This document shows positions 9,866 to 18,364 of a stretch of DNA of 64,000 nucleotides, in pieces. Within the stretch, counting starts at the first letter, position 1. Every line of letters starts with the position of its first letter. Under the pieces are notes generated by a model, which was given only the letters and a program-made list of their open reading frames with translations, was not told the DNA's origin and ran no database searches. This DNA is from Elusimicrobiaceae bacterium (GTDB taxonomy: Bacteria > Elusimicrobiota > Elusimicrobia > Elusimicrobiales > Elusimicrobiaceae): contig JAZOAE010000029.1 of assembly GCA_045595305.1 (NCBI GenBank), positions 35,002 through 99,001 on the forward strand. The letters are read 5' to 3'. The position numbers and the translations under genes are program-made.

Positions 9866-9941
9866 GATAAGTAGCGGAAATCAAACAGCGAATTGATTAT
9901 CCTACCCTACCGCGTGATGAAAGTGCCAAACGCTCTTATAT

Positions 9942-11921
9942 TTATGGATTTGAAGGGGCCCACTGATCATTTTTCAGCAGCTCATAAATAGCCCTGTTCA
10001 AAGCCAGTAGATTACGCTCTTCATCCGCAGCTAACGCGTGTTCACCATCGATGCGCTGTCCGCCTACATATTCAAGCTCTCCTTCGGGACGCACCCATTC
10101 CAATACGCGCCCATCTTGAGAAGAAAAAGCAAACCGCTTTGCCGTGGAATCAAATAAACTAGACCCCATAGCAACATAAGGAACATCTATTTGCAAAAGA
10201 TCTATAATTGTAGGCAGAATATCTACTTGCGAACCTACCACATTGCTACGACGAGCCGATAACAAACTTGGGGCGTGAATAAAAAGCGGAATATGAAAGC
10301 GTGTGTATAAGTCGCCGCTTTCTCCCCAGCCCAACGTATGATCGGCCAACACTATAAAAACCGTATTTTCGTATTGACCATGCGCTTTAAGCTGCTGCAC
10401 AAATTGTCCAATAGACCAATCCATATAATTAAGCGCGTTAAGGTATCCCTTATCTTCTCCATTCCACACAAATCGGTCGAAATCCGCATGCATTTTGCTG
10501 AAAGGGGGATGGGTTGCCGCGGAAAAGAAAAATGCCGCAAAGGGGCGTGTTCGACCTTCTAATTTTTCGGCTAAGAATTGCAAGGCATCATAATCCGAAA
10601 TAGTTCCAGCGTGTATATAATCCAGAAGAGACGACATATCTTCTCGGCAGTAGATCTCTTGAAATCCGGCCAACTCAGCCACCAATCCAATAGAAGCCGA
10701 CTTCCAATCCGCAGGCTGCGCAAAAACAGTATCATATCCTTTTTGAGAGAGCAATTGGGCAATCCCTGCAAAGTGATATGCCTCTAACCCAAGCGAAAAA
10801 TAGGGCAATCCCGCTAGCTGGGCAACCCCTGTCATCACAGTTCCTACACCGTTGATGCTGCGTTGACCAGAAGCATAGAATCGATCAAATACTACGCTTT
10901 GCCCAATAAGTTCATCTAAATATGGTGTCGCTCCATAATGTGTCCCTGCCAACGCATCGGTATACCGATACTGCCAACTCTCTAATAATAACACCACCAA
11001 ATTATATTGCTTGCCATTTGCATTAAATTGAGTGCGCCGGCGTAACAATGGATATCCTTCAGAGATGAATTCTTCCTCAGAAGAAGCAAGTAATTGTTTC
11101 GTACGTTGTAAAGATTCTTCCGCAGAAACAGCCTGCGGTAAAGGAGCATATTTTTTAGACAAGCTTTTGTACATACAAAACACCCCGTTCAATGCCAAAT
11201 TGCCTTGTGGAATACTGCCCTGTTTGTAAGCATCGGCTACCGCCAACGGACGGAAACGAAATCCAAAATGGCCGCGAAAGGCAAAGAACAAGATCACGCA
11301 AGCCAACAATATGGTGCACACGTAATTCCACTGCGCATAGTGCGGTTTTTGATAATACCTATCGACCAATTTGCTGATTGCCCAACCCATGGCTGCACTT
11401 AATAAAATCAGCACCGCTACAATCCACATATATTGTGAATGTACCAAGGATACCAATAAATCCATATCGTAAACGGCCAGCCATAGTTCACTGCCGGTAT
11501 GTCGCTTTACAAAAGAAAAGTAAACCATGTCTCCCACACAAGCCCACAAAACCACGCTCCACATCCCCGCTACAAACCACGCTACTATTTTGTAATAAGT
11601 TTTGTTGGTTACCGGAATCAAAAAGGAAACAAAGCCTACGCTTCCCAGCGTAGCCGTAGCACATAAATCAAAAGGAATCCCGTCCCAAAAAGCATGCAAC
11701 ACTTGTAAAGCAGTTAAAGTCTGAAAAACATCTTTATAAAAACAAAAAAACAACACAAAGCGCATCACGCTAAAAAGCATCAAAAAAGCAAGAAAACCAA
11801 CTAAGCAAAACCAAAGCCGAAAATCTTTTCTTAGCCGAAATCCAAAGAAAATAAATCCGCTTAAAAATACTGCGGCCAACAACTTATCAGCCCAGAAGGC
11901 TTGCGTCGAAACGAGCTCCAT
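9942..11921 (-). CDS. LTA-synthase/OpgB(MdoB)-like sulfatase-superfamily phosphotransferase
   Basis: Five N-terminal TM segments followed by an alkaline-phosphatase-superfamily domain (LLLESW, ASGQRS, THPPF, YMDWSIG.F, VLADH, SQVDILPTI). Start at MELVS with a GGAGG RBS. Confidence 0.85.
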   Translation of the reverse strand: MELVSTQAFWADKLLAAVFLSGFIFFGFRLRKDFRLWFCLVGFLAFLMLFSVMRFVLFFCFYKDVFQTLTALQVLHAFWDGIPFDLCATATLGSVGFVSFLIPVTNKTYYKIVAWFVAGMWSVVLWACVGDMVYFSFVKRHTGSELWLAVYDMDLLVSLVHSQYMWIVAVLILLSAAMGWAISKLVDRYYQKPHYAQWNYVCTILLACVILFFAFRGHFGFRFRPLAVADAYKQGSIPQGNLALNGVFCMYKSLSKKYAPLPQAVSAEESLQRTKQLLASSEEEFISEGYPLLRRRTQFNANGKQYNLVVLLLESWQYRYTDALAGTHYGATPYLDELIGQSVVFDRFYASGQRSINGVGTVMTGVAQLAGLPYFSLGLEAYHFAGIAQLLSQKGYDTVFAQPADWKSASIGLVAELAGFQEIYCREDMSSLLDYIHAGTISDYDALQFLAEKLEGRTRPFAAFFFSAATHPPFSKMHADFDRFVWNGEDKGYLNALNYMDWSIGQFVQQLKAHGQYENTVFIVLADHTLGWGESGDLYTRFHIPLFIHAPSLLSARRSNVVGSQVDILPTIIDLLQIDVPYVAMGSSLFDSTAKRFAFSSQDGRVLEWVRPEGELEYVGGQRIDGEHALAADEERNLLALNRAIYELLKNDQWAPSNP

Positions 11922-12029
11922 TTTTCCTCCCATATTTGGAACTCGTAAAAAACGGCTGATACCTATGAGCTTGAAGAGTAACCCAACGATAACAGCCGCG
12001 GTCCTCTGCTTTGCTTAAAGCAAAACAAA

Positions 12030-12150
12030 GGGCACTCGGCACAAGAAAAAGGGATTATAAGTTCCTTTTACTTGCACCTGAAACGACTGTTTTTGGACTC
12101 TTCAATGCCTTAAATGGCTCTCCGCATTCTACATACGGTTCCAAAAACAG
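12030..12150 (-). ncRNA. Glycine-riboswitch-like leader (singlet-type variant, tentative)
   Basis: Minus strand reads GCGGAGAG-CC/GG stem-CAUUGAAG-AG...UUUCAGGU, then a long hairpin. This resembles the GGAGAG / CxCCGAAG / CUCUCAGGU glycine aptamer motifs. It lies between a promoter and the LtaS-like gene. Confidence 0.4.
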
Positions 12151-12157
12151 AATAAAT

Positions 12158-12269
12158 TGTACCTAGATTATAGCAAAATCAAGCCGCCCTCTATCCATAG
12201 AATCAAACATCTAACCCTTTTTTGCGGGTGCACAATGGGATGAAATTTGCTTTAATGGGATGGTCTTAA
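12158..12269. repeat. 112-bp intergenic direct repeat, copy 2
   Basis: Near-identical to 9754-9865; offset 2,404 bp. Confidence 0.95.
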
Positions 12270-12289
12270 AATCAATAAAGGAGAAGCTC

Positions 12290-13384
12290 ATGAAAAAATG
12301 GTTAGGCTCTGTGTTGGCAGCCACATTAATCGCTGCTGCAATTCCTCCCGTACAAGCTTGTACCGGGATCGCCATCAACGCCGCCGATGGAACTAAACTT
12401 CTCGCTCGCACAATTGAATGGAAAGGCGGCAACTTAAACAGCAAACTCATCATTTTACCGCGCGGTATGCAAAACACCGCGCTTACCCCGGCCGGAAAAA
12501 ACGGCCATACCTGGGTCAATAAATACGGCGCCGTTGGTGCCAGCACGGTAGCCCCGGAATTTGTGACTGAAGGCGTCAACGAAAAGGGGCTTAACGTAGG
12601 GATTTTCTATTTTGCTAATGTAGGTAGTTTAACCCCCTACAATCCCCAACACCGCAAGAAATCCGTCAGCGACGGGGAACTGGTACGCTATATGCTTACC
12701 AACTTCGCCACTGTGGATGAAACCCTCAAAGGGCTGGAAAAAATTGAAATCATCCCTATCGGCAAGCCCGATAAAAACGGTCACTATGCCACTGGACACT
12801 GGCGCATTAGCGATCCGACCGGACGTAGTGTAGTGTTGGAAATTACCGACGAAGGAAAACGCCATGTGTATGAAAACAATCTGCGCGTGTTCACCAACTC
12901 GCCCAGTTTCCCGTGGCACCAGGCCAATTTGAATAACTACATTCACCTCTCCGGCGGGGAAACCCCCAACAAAACGGTAGGCGGAGTGAACTTGTATTCG
13001 TTTGGCGGCGGAACAAATTTAATGGGCTTGCCCGGGGATTTGACCCCGCCCGCCCGCTTAGTGCGCGCCTTCTTCTACGTACAAAGCGCCCCTGTACCTA
13101 AAGATAAATATGCGGCGGTAACGCAAGCGTTTCATATCTTAAACAACTTTGATTTGCCGATCGGCGCGGAATATGCCCCCGGTGAAACCATCCCGGATAT
13201 GCCCAGCGCTACCCAATGGACAGCGGTCAGCGACATTACGCACCCAACGTTTTATTACCGCACGATGTACAACTCGGCCATTCGCAAAATTGATTTAACG
13301 AAAATTGATTTTGATACCGTAAAATACCTCGTGCTGGATATGGATTCCAAGCCGCAAGAAACATTCTACGAACTAACGTTTTAA
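12290..13384 (+). CDS. Exported choloylglycine hydrolase / penicillin V acylase family Ntn-hydrolase
   Basis: Signal peptide ending VQA directly before the nucleophile Cys (CTGI), plus ARTIEW, EGVNEKGL, VFTNSP and LPGDLTPPARLVRA. AAGGAG RBS before ATG 12290. Confidence 0.92.
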   Translation: MKKWLGSVLAATLIAAAIPPVQACTGIAINAADGTKLLARTIEWKGGNLNSKLIILPRGMQNTALTPAGKNGHTWVNKYGAVGASTVAPEFVTEGVNEKGLNVGIFYFANVGSLTPYNPQHRKKSVSDGELVRYMLTNFATVDETLKGLEKIEIIPIGKPDKNGHYATGHWRISDPTGRSVVLEITDEGKRHVYENNLRVFTNSPSFPWHQANLNNYIHLSGGETPNKTVGGVNLYSFGGGTNLMGLPGDLTPPARLVRAFFYVQSAPVPKDKYAAVTQAFHILNNFDLPIGAEYAPGETIPDMPSATQWTAVSDITHPTFYYRTMYNSAIRKIDLTKIDFDTVKYLVLDMDSKPQETFYELTF

Positions 13385-13391
13385 GTGAAAA

Positions 13392-13421
13392 ACAGCCCCT
13401 GAGCCTAAGCCCAGGGGCTGT
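13392..13421. terminator. Terminator hairpin between convergent genes
   Basis: acagcccctg-(10 nt)-caggggctgt. Confidence 0.75.
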
Positions 13422-13434
13422 CCTTAACTAAAGT

Positions 13435-13938
13435 TTATTTACATACTTCTAGACTATTCTTTATTTGAGTCATAGAAGCATCCCCATGTGCCTCACACTC
13501 CCATTGCCCTTTCTTAGCAGTTTTCTGCGATTGATCATAATATTTCATGATTTGTATTTTGCGGTTTGTAAAACATTCATTGTAACTAGCTGTATGCCCA
13601 GGGCAATAATACACTTTGATCCCATCTTGATTGGAAAAATCGAGCATTAGGTCCGAACTGCAAATGTACACGTTCTGAATATTCCCCGTCCCTTACAACC
13701 ACGAGCAACTGGATGGCATTTCAATATCAAGATCCGCCACTGCATCGTGCTCCGCATATGTACCGTTTATCATATAGTAGTATTCATTGGCCTGCAGCAT
13801 GCTTGTCATCAGCGGTATCATGCTGCTGATGCGTGATTTAACAACCGCTTTCTGGTACTGTGGCAATGCAATAGACGCCAAAATACCGATGATAAGTACT
13901 ACAACTAATAATTCAATTAACGTAAAACCTGTTTTCAT
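13435..13938 (-). pseudogene. Type IV pilin-like gene interrupted by one in-frame TAA (13693-13695)
   Basis: G|FTLIE N-methylation motif. Reading through TGG TTG TAA GGG ACG GGG joins the 13693..13938 and 13435..13671 ORFs in the same frame, giving 167 codons. Confidence 0.8.
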
Positions 13939-13984
13939 AAGTTGTCTCCTTTGTTACAAATCCAGAGAACTATTCACTCCCCAT

Positions 13985-14018
13985 TTATAGCATACGACTT
14001 TTTGCAAAAATTTCAAGG
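13985..14018 (-). promoter_or_regulatory. Sigma70-like promoter of the pilin-like gene
   Basis: Minus strand CCTTGAAATTTTTGC-N9-TATGCTATAA (TTGAAA-16-TATGCT). Confidence 0.55.
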
Positions 14019-14064
14019 CCTTTTTTAAAATCGGGCCTTGACGAATTTTTTGTCGTTCTTTTAT

Positions 14065-14150
14065 GTCATCCCCGCATGTTTTTAGCGGGGATCTCCACCT
14101 TGAGTTGTCTAAAAAGGAGGAGATTCCTGACTGAGAATTTCGGAAATGAC
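14065..14150. repeat. 86-bp REP/MITE-like multi-hairpin element
   Basis: GTCAT-[CCCCGC..GCGGGG]-[ATCTCC..GGAGAT]-[TCC..GGA]-A-ATGAC nested inverted repeats. Confidence 0.6.
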
Positions 14151-14270
14151 GCTTTACAACAACTTATGGAAACAGGTTTCTGTTAACTCGTGTCTCCAAA
14201 CTTGCTTTTTAACGTCGTAGACCATAAAAAGCCCCTCTCAAATAAGCGGGGTTTTTTATTGTGTCATTTT

Positions 14271-16502
14271 TTATCCAAGAGTCTTCTTCTCTAAGAGTTG
14301 TTCAAAGGTAGCAACGGTTACCGGCCGGCTGAAAAAATAGCCCTGCGCCAGGTCCGCCCCACAGTTGCGCAAAAACTCAGCTTGTTCGCGACTTTCTACC
14401 CCTTCGGCCACTACTTTAACATCCAAAGTTTTTATCATCTTGATTACCCCCTGGATCACTTTTTGTGCCCGCGGGTTCTCTTCAAAACTGGCTAAAAATT
14501 CTTTGTCAAGTTTAATGCTGTCAAACTTGAGTTCTTTGAGTACATTCAAAGAAGAATAACCTGCCCCAAAATCATCCATTGCCACAGGGAAGCCATATAA
14601 GTGTAACCCGGCAATCACTTCCTGCGCGCGCTCTAAGTTATTAAAAATAACGCTTTCGGTAATCTCGGCCTCCACGAATGAAGTCGGCACGTTGTTACGC
14701 GCCATAATGCGGCGTATTTGCGGAATGAAACGTGCGTCGTTTAGATGAAGACGCGAAAAGTTGACCGCCAAGGGTACCACCGGTTTCCCCGCACTACGCC
14801 ACTTCGATAATACTTGAGCAACTTCTTCCAAGATGTACATATCCAATTTTAAGATAAATCCGTTGCGTTCAAAAAGCGGTATAAATTCGTCCGGACGGAC
14901 GGTATGTCCGTCGTGGTTCCAACGCACCAATGCCTCTGCTCCGCAAATTTCCCCTGTACCGAAATCACACTTAGGTTGCAAATAGATTTCGAATTCGTGA
15001 TTTTCCAATGCGGCTTCCATACTGTTTTCAATTTGCTGTTCGGTTACAATACGTGTACGGTCAGCGGCTTCGTAAAATTCGCATTTATCGAACGTACGCT
15101 GTTTGGCACGTTCCAACGCTAAGTGAGCACGGTCCAACATAATGTAAAAAGGAATATCTTCGGCAATTTCATAGATACCAAACGCAATATCCAGCATAAT
15201 GCGAGAATCTTCAAGCGTGCAATCTCGCTTTAATTGCGTAGCCAATGCTTTAAGACGTTTTACAAAAGCAGTGCGTTCCTTATATTCAAGTAACAGCACA
15301 AAGTTATCCGCAGATAAACGGCAAAAAGCTTCTTCGGGTGCCAATTCCCGTTGAAGTACTTGGGCTACGCGTTTAAGCACTTCGTTGCCACGCTCATAAC
15401 CATGTAAATCGTTAATAACTTTGAATTTATTAATGTCAAAGATAACCAGCGCCGCTTGATGATACAAACCATCGAGTTTATCATCAAATTGTTCACACAT
15501 TCGGTTAAAATTATCCGCTCCGGTGAGTGAATCCACAAAGGCTGTCGTGAACAACCGGCGGTTACTGTCTTCACGCAAACGCATAATGAAAAACAACAGA
15601 AAATAAAACACTAAAAATACTACACCAAATAGAATTAACGATAGTTTAGCTACTTGGGCAGCTTGCTCCTCCACGTGCTTAACGGGAACCGTTGCTACCA
15701 TATACCAACCATTCACGGATACCGGTACAAACTGCAAAAAGTTATGCAGGTCGTCTTCCGTATAGTATCCTACCAGCAAAGACTCTCCCCGCAAGACTGC
15801 TTTGCGAACTTCTTCTAACGTTGAAGGAGTATCCAGCCTGACATGTTCTAAGACGGAGAAAATATTTTTCGTGGGTTCTTTTTCAGAAGATAAAATAGTA
15901 TTTCCAAAACGATCAATAATGAAGGAATTCTCTTCGTTCTCCGTAGCAAAAAACCCCAATACATTTTTGTAATATTCCTCTTTTTGAACGGCAAACAGAG
16001 CTCCCACCGGGGATCCGTCATTGGGATCGAGCGGTATTGCCTGAACAAGAATGGAGGAAGGATATTTTTCCTTTTCCCGCGGACGAACGGTCAGGTAAAA
16101 TTTTCCGGCAGCAGTATTTTTCAAAATATCACGCAATGCCTCAGAACTAAGGGAAGAAGAGGTTGAAGAATAAAATGTACGACCGTCTTGGAGTGCTAGC
16201 CCCAGCAAATGAAAGTGTTCATTTTGATCAAAACGTGCTAACATTTCAGACAGAGAAGATTCTTCCTTCCACGGGTAAGAATCTTCAAAAGAGAGGGCAG
16301 TGGCAGCCAAGATTTCGTGATCAGTTTGTACTAAACGGTCAAAATCATCGGCAGAATCTTTCGTAGTATCAGCGATATGGGTACGGACGTCTTGCTCTAA
16401 TAGAATAGTTACTTGCCGCCAATAAAAAAATACGCCCGCCGTTATGAGAAGGGCAGCAATGGACGAGAAGATAATAAACGGACGGAAAGAAATTTTTTGC
16501 AT
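14271..16502 (-). CDS. Membrane c-di-GMP phosphodiesterase (periplasmic Cache-like sensor, degenerate GGDEF, EAL)
   Basis: Two TMs flank a sensor region. GGDEF site is SADNF; EAL domain has EALVRW, DDFGAGYSS, KLDK and EGVE. Confidence 0.9.
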   Translation of the reverse strand: MQKISFRPFIIFSSIAALLITAGVFFYWRQVTILLEQDVRTHIADTTKDSADDFDRLVQTDHEILAATALSFEDSYPWKEESSLSEMLARFDQNEHFHLLGLALQDGRTFYSSTSSSLSSEALRDILKNTAAGKFYLTVRPREKEKYPSSILVQAIPLDPNDGSPVGALFAVQKEEYYKNVLGFFATENEENSFIIDRFGNTILSSEKEPTKNIFSVLEHVRLDTPSTLEEVRKAVLRGESLLVGYYTEDDLHNFLQFVPVSVNGWYMVATVPVKHVEEQAAQVAKLSLILFGVVFLVFYFLLFFIMRLREDSNRRLFTTAFVDSLTGADNFNRMCEQFDDKLDGLYHQAALVIFDINKFKVINDLHGYERGNEVLKRVAQVLQRELAPEEAFCRLSADNFVLLLEYKERTAFVKRLKALATQLKRDCTLEDSRIMLDIAFGIYEIAEDIPFYIMLDRAHLALERAKQRTFDKCEFYEAADRTRIVTEQQIENSMEAALENHEFEIYLQPKCDFGTGEICGAEALVRWNHDGHTVRPDEFIPLFERNGFILKLDMYILEEVAQVLSKWRSAGKPVVPLAVNFSRLHLNDARFIPQIRRIMARNNVPTSFVEAEITESVIFNNLERAQEVIAGLHLYGFPVAMDDFGAGYSSLNVLKELKFDSIKLDKEFLASFEENPRAQKVIQGVIKMIKTLDVKVVAEGVESREQAEFLRNCGADLAQGYFFSRPVTVATFEQLLEKKTLG

Positions 16503-16554
16503 ATATGTCCCGCAAAATTTTTTATATTATATCATTTCCTTCCGTGAATTGTAT

Positions 16555-17079
16555 TTACGCGCGCGCGGAAGGAGGCTGTTTCGTTTCCTGTGTTTTAAAT
16601 AGGCCAATCACCTGTTGAGAATAAGCAAACATCGGATAAAAAGGATGATCCGGATTGCGCAATTCTTGCTCAGATATCTCTTTATAAAAAAGATATTGCT
16701 TAGAAACCGCAAACAAACAAACTTGCCCTGCGTGCAAAGAGGCCGGCATCGGTTGAGTACTAGGGATTTTAGTCATTTGCGCCGCTAATTTCCCGCCATA
16801 AGCCAGCATATGCGCGGCAGCCTCTTGCAAAGGCTCGTTGCCATGCCCACCGATCATGCCACCCAGCCCGCTTTTGCTGTTGTTTTCAAAATACAAGCTG
16901 CTATCCCCCAGTGAATTGGTGGCAATAAGCAAATGTTTGATAATTTCTCCGTCGGCCAACGTCATCTCTACCCCCGCCGCCACAATTTTTTCCGGGCCGA
17001 TTTCAGTGATCCCTTTTCGGTTATCAAAATTCTTGGCGTCTAACCAAAACGCACGCATATTCTCATAAGCTTTATTCAT
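16555..17079 (-). CDS. Hypothetical protein (174 aa)
   Basis: AAGGAG RBS before ATG 17079 (MNKAYENMRAFWL). The track's upstream extension overlaps deoB. Confidence 0.65.
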   Translation of the reverse strand: MNKAYENMRAFWLDAKNFDNRKGITEIGPEKIVAAGVEMTLADGEIIKHLLIATNSLGDSSLYFENNSKSGLGGMIGGHGNEPLQEAAAHMLAYGGKLAAQMTKIPSTQPMPASLHAGQVCLFAVSKQYLFYKEISEQELRNPDHPFYPMFAYSQQVIGLFKTQETKQPPSARA

Positions 17080-17164
17080 AAAAATTCTCCTTTTCTTAAC
17101 TATAGCATTTAATTTCTCCCCCGCAAGTGCTTTTTTTGGGTTATAATAAAGAAAAGGAGGCTTT

Positions 17165-18364
17165 ATGAAACGAGCTATCATTTTGATGTTAGATTCTGTA
17201 GGAATAGGCGGCGCGGAAGATGCCGCAAAATTTGGTGACCAAGGCGCCGACACACTAGGCCACATCGCCAAAGCTAACAACGGTCTAAAAGTACCTAATT
17301 TAATAGCACTCGGGTTGGAGAAAGCGGCCCAGGCCTCTACCGGGAATATGCCCGCGTTTGGGACTCAACCGGCTGCCGGGGTAAACCTACCCTCTAAATA
17401 CGGCTTTATGCGCGAGATTAGCCACGGTAAAGATACATCATCGGGCCATTGGGAAATGGCAGGCGCTCCTGTAGAATTTGAATGGGGCTATTTTCCACCG
17501 AATTATCCGTCCTTCCCAGCGAATTTAATCCAAAAAATTTGCCAAGAGGCAGGCCTGCCCGGCATTTTGGGCAACAAAGCGGCCAGCGGTACAGTGATTA
17601 TTGATGAGCTAGGTGAAGAGCACATCAAAACCGGTAAACCGATTTGCTATACCTCAGCCGACAGCGTATTTCAAATTGCCGCGCACGAGGGGCACTTTGG
17701 TTTAGAACGCTTGTATCAAGTGTGCGAAATTGCGTTTAAGCACTTAAAGCCCTACAACATCGCGCGCGTGATTGCTCGTCCGTTTGTGGGTGAGAAAAAG
17801 GGTGAATTTTCCCGCACTAAAAACCGCCACGATTACTCCGTAAAACCCCCGCAACCCACCGTGCTTGACAGCATTAAGAACGCAGGCGGCCACGTGATTT
17901 CCGTTGGCAAGATCAGCGATATTTTTGCGGCTCAAGGCATCACCAAAGCCGTCAAAGCATCCGGGCTGCAAGAACTATGGGATGTAACGCTGCGCGAAGC
18001 CAAAGCCGCGCCGGACTTTAGCTTAGTGTTTACCAACTTTGTGGATTTTGATATGGTTTACGGCCACCGCCGCGACGTAAAAGGATACGCGCAAGGACTG
18101 GAATATTTTGATTCCCGCTTGCCGGAACTGGCCGCGCAACTGGAAGATGATGACGTTGTGTTCATCACTGCTGACCATGGATGTGATCCCACTTACAAAG
18201 GGACCGATCACACGCGCGAGCATGTGCCGGTTATTATGTTTGGCAAAAATGTAAAAGCGCAGTTTATCGGTGGACGTGATACCTATGCGGATATCGGCCA
18301 AACCGTAGCGGATTATTTCAAACTATCACCGCTTAATGTAGGAACAAGCTTCTTGGATAAATAA
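17165..18364 (+). CDS. deoB: Phosphopentomutase
   Basis: [56 protein letters not shown]...DHTREHVP. Confidence 0.97.
   Translation: MKRAIILMLDSVGIGGAEDAAKFGDQGADTLGHIAKANNGLKVPNLIALGLEKAAQASTGNMPAFGTQPAAGVNLPSKYGFMREISHGKDTSSGHWEMAGAPVEFEWGYFPPNYPSFPANLIQKICQEAGLPGILGNKAASGTVIIDELGEEHIKTGKPICYTSADSVFQIAAHEGHFGLERLYQVCEIAFKHLKPYNIARVIARPFVGEKKGEFSRTKNRHDYSVKPPQPTVLDSIKNAGGHVISVGKISDIFAAQGITKAVKASGLQELWDVTLREAKAAPDFSLVFTNFVDFDMVYGHRRDVKGYAQGLEYFDSRLPELAAQLEDDDVVFITADHGCDPTYKGTDHTREHVPVIMFGKNVKAQFIGGRDTYADIGQTVADYFKLSPLNVGTSFLDK

Noticed and set aside
9901-9911. 11-bp match (GTAGGGTAGGA) between minus-strand 9896-9910 and plus-strand 56961-56971
   Set aside because: Too short and isolated to distinguish from chance in 64 kb.
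9754-12269. Composite transposon or integron cassette
   Set aside because: No transposase or integrase, no terminal inverted repeats or target duplication, and no attC-type RYYYAAC...GTTRRRY structure in the 112-bp repeat.
13693-13695. Stop-codon recoding or alternative genetic code
   Set aside because: The codon is TAA, which ends many normal genes here (lysS, deoB, smc region). There is no sign of Sec/Pyl recoding.
17080-17280. N-terminal extension of the 16555 ORF
   Set aside because: It overlaps deoB head-to-head, and a good RBS lies before ATG 17079.
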